Source: Pseudomonadota bacterium
GTDB lineage: Bacteria; Pseudomonadota; Alphaproteobacteria; Rhizobiales; Devosiaceae
Direction of reading: 5' to 3'
Assembly (NCBI GenBank): GCA_023393475.1
Contig: JAEWLC010000072.1
Span: 31,586 to 95,585 of the forward strand
Length of the DNA: 64,000 nucleotides
A program made the translations under genes and the position numbers. Positions within the stretch are counted from its first letter, which is position 1. Every line of letters begins with the position of its first letter. Under the pieces are notes generated by a model. The model was not told the DNA's origin, did not search any database, and worked only from the letters and a program-made list of their open reading frames with translations. This document shows, one piece after another, positions 62,041 to 64,000 of this stretch.

Positions 62041-62712
62041 ATGGAGTACAACTTCAGATTTGGAGTGCTGCTGCGATACACCGACGAGATCGTCGAAGGT
62101 GTGCTGCTGACGCTCCAGCTCTCGCTGGTCACGATGACCTTCGGCCTGCTCATCGGCATGGCCGTCGCCATCGGCAGCACCAGTCCCTCGAAGTTCCTGC
62201 GCGGGCTCTGCCGCACCTATGTCGAGGCAATCCGCAACACGCCGCTGCTGGTGCAGCTGTTCATCGTGTTCTTCGGCATGCCGAGCCTCGGCCTCAAGCT
62301 GAGCGCCAACGACGCGGCGATGGTGGCCCTGTCGATCAATCTCGGCGCCTATTGCGCGGAGATCTTCCGGGCCGGCTTTGAATCCGTGCGTCCGGCGCAG
62401 ATCGAGGCGGGCAGGGCGCTGGGGCTCACCGCCGGACAGACCTTCCGCCATGTCGTGCTGTTCCCGGCGATCAAGAACATCTACCCGGCGCTGGCCAGCC
62501 AGTTCGTGCTGCTGATGCTGGCGACCAGTGTCGTCTCCTCGATCGGGGCGACCGAGCTCTTCCACCAGGCGGCGTTCATCGACTCGCGCACCTATCGCTC
62601 GTTCGAGACCTACGCGCTGATCACCGCATCCTATCTCGTGCTGACGCTCGCCTTCCGTGGCCTGTTCTCGGCGATCTACTGGGCCGTTTTCGTGCGGAGG
62701 CCACGCGCATGA
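62041..62712 (+). CDS. Polar amino-acid ABC transporter permease
   Basis: 'YVEAIRNTPLLVQ', 'AEIFRAG', EAA loop 'QIEAGRALG'. Confidence 0.92.
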   Translation: MEYNFRFGVLLRYTDEIVEGVLLTLQLSLVTMTFGLLIGMAVAIGSTSPSKFLRGLCRTYVEAIRNTPLLVQLFIVFFGMPSLGLKLSANDAAMVALSINLGAYCAEIFRAGFESVRPAQIEAGRALGLTAGQTFRHVVLFPAIKNIYPALASQFVLLMLATSVVSSIGATELFHQAAFIDSRTYRSFETYALITASYLVLTLAFRGLFSAIYWAVFVRRPRA

Positions 62713-63359
62713 TCCGCGTTTTCGATTTCCCGGACGTCATCTACCTGCTCGAAGCGACGCGCTGGACGCTGCTGCTGGCGCTGGTCGCCACCATCGGCGG
62801 CGGCCTGCTCGGCCTCGTCGTGGCGATTGCCCGGGTGGTGCCGTTCAAGCCGCTGAACTGGCTAGCGATCGCCTATATCAGCCTGATCCAGGGCACGCCG
62901 CTGCTCGGCCAGCTGTTCGTCTTCTTCTTCGCCCTGCCGCTGATCGGCCTTTCGGTCGATGCCTGGACGGCAGCCGCGCTGTCGCTCTCCATCTATGCCA
63001 GCGCATTCTTTGGCGAAATCTGGCGCGGCGGGCTGCAGGCGGTGCATGCGCGGCAGTGGGAGGCGGGCGCTGCGCTCGGGCTCACCTACAGCCAGCGGCT
63101 GCTGCACGTCATCATCCCGCAGGCCGTGCGGGTCAGCATCGCCCCCACGGTCGGATTCCTGGTGCAGCTGGTCAAGAACACCTCGCTGACCTCGCTGATC
63201 GGCTTCGTCGAACTGACCCGCGCCAGCCAGATCATCACTTCCGCAACCTTCGCGCCGCTGCAGGTCTACCTGACCGCCGCCGCGATCTATTTCGTCATCT
63301 GCTTCAGCCTTTCGCAGCTTAGCCAGATGCTGGAGAGGAAAATCCATGTCGCTCGTTGA
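62709..63359 (+). CDS. Polar amino-acid ABC transporter permease
   Basis: 'QGTPLL', 'EIWRGG', 'QWEAGAALG', 'KNTSL'. Confidence 0.92.
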   Translation: MIRVFDFPDVIYLLEATRWTLLLALVATIGGGLLGLVVAIARVVPFKPLNWLAIAYISLIQGTPLLGQLFVFFFALPLIGLSVDAWTAAALSLSIYASAFFGEIWRGGLQAVHARQWEAGAALGLTYSQRLLHVIIPQAVRVSIAPTVGFLVQLVKNTSLTSLIGFVELTRASQIITSATFAPLQVYLTAAAIYFVICFSLSQLSQMLERKIHVAR

Positions 63360-64000
63360 GATCGAAAACGTCCACAAGAGCTACGGCGACCTCGAAGTGC
63401 TCAAGGGCGTTTCGCTGACGCTGGAAAAGGGCGAGATCGTCGCCCTGATCGGCCGGTCCGGTTCGGGCAAATCGACGCTGCTGCGCTGCGTCAACGGGCT
63501 GGAGCAGGTGCAGAGCGGCAAGGTGGTGGTCGACGGCATCGACGTCACCTCGCCCAAGACCGATCTCAACGTGCTGCGGCAGCGCGCCGGCATGGTGTTC
63601 CAGAGCTACAACCTGTTCCCGCACCTCACCGTCGCCCGCAACGTCATGCTGGCGCTGAAGCTGGTGAAGAAGATGGACAAGGCCGAGGCGCGCCGCATCG
63701 CCGAGACGATGGTGGCCAAGGTGGGCCTCGGCGACAAGCTCGACGTCTATCCGGACCAGCTGTCGGGCGGCCAGCAGCAGCGCGTCGCTATCGCGCGCTC
63801 GCTCGCCATGCAGCCGACGCTGATGCTGTTCGACGAGATCACCTCGGCGCTCGATCCCGAACTGGTCGGCGAAGTGCTCCGCGTCCTCGAGGGCGTGGCC
63901 AAGGAAGGCATGACCATGATGCTGGTCACGCACGAGATGAACTTCGCCAAGAACGTCGCCAACCGGGTGATCTTCATGCACCAGGGCCGCATCCACGAAG
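63346..64000 (+). CDS. Polar amino-acid ABC transporter ATP-binding protein (GlnQ-like); 3'-truncated by the window
   Basis: [14 protein letters not shown]..., [26 protein letters not shown]. Missing from the ORF track because it has no stop in the window. Confidence 0.92.
   Translation, partial: MSLVEIENVHKSYGDLEVLKGVSLTLEKGEIVALIGRSGSGKSTLLRCVNGLEQVQSGKVVVDGIDVTSPKTDLNVLRQRAGMVFQSYNLFPHLTVARNVMLALKLVKKMDKAEARRIAETMVAKVGLGDKLDVYPDQLSGGQQQRVAIARSLAMQPTLMLFDEITSALDPELVGEVLRVLEGVAKEGMTMMLVTHEMNFAKNVANRVIFMHQGRIHE

Overview
High-GC chromosomal window from an alphaproteobacterium. Gene content and order point to Hyphomicrobiales, probably Devosia-like (inference). It is mostly core and metabolic genes: an M16 peptidase (5'-truncated), RNase T2 + cpdB, the carA-yqeY-...-dnaG-rpoD neighbourhood, MFS/ABC/DMT/LysE transporters, a long repeat-rich OmpA-family protein, an FAH-family dehydratase + aldehyde dehydrogenase pair, a tRNA-Ile2(CAU), three tandem GT25 glycosyltransferases, a phosphomannomutase, a NYN-LOTUS protein and an IclR/amino-acid ABC locus (3'-truncated). 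I saw no transposase, integrase, prophage or CRISPR array. The most striking observation is at 47.4-52.4 kb. An XRE/ScfR-type (short-chain acyl-CoA regulator) transcription factor contains an inserted histidine-kinase DHp (HisKA)-like segment with its His intact. This segment aligns without gaps to the DHp of the neighbouring SLC5-STAC histidine kinase (17/43 identities, counted by hand). The only response regulator in the operon is a stand-alone receiver. Together these suggest an unusual transporter-kinase -> receiver -> DHp-bearing transcription factor relay controlling the divergent Liv-type ABC importer. Other notable items: an acetoacetate-decarboxylase-fold/PAS/LuxR fusion, a candidate EcfG-driven 3'UTR sRNA with an anti-Shine-Dalgarno loop, a Pho-box-preceded RNA-scavenging pair, twin ArsR-type operators and a catalytically degenerate GT25 paralogue. 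All family assignments come from motif recognition by eye, not database searches.
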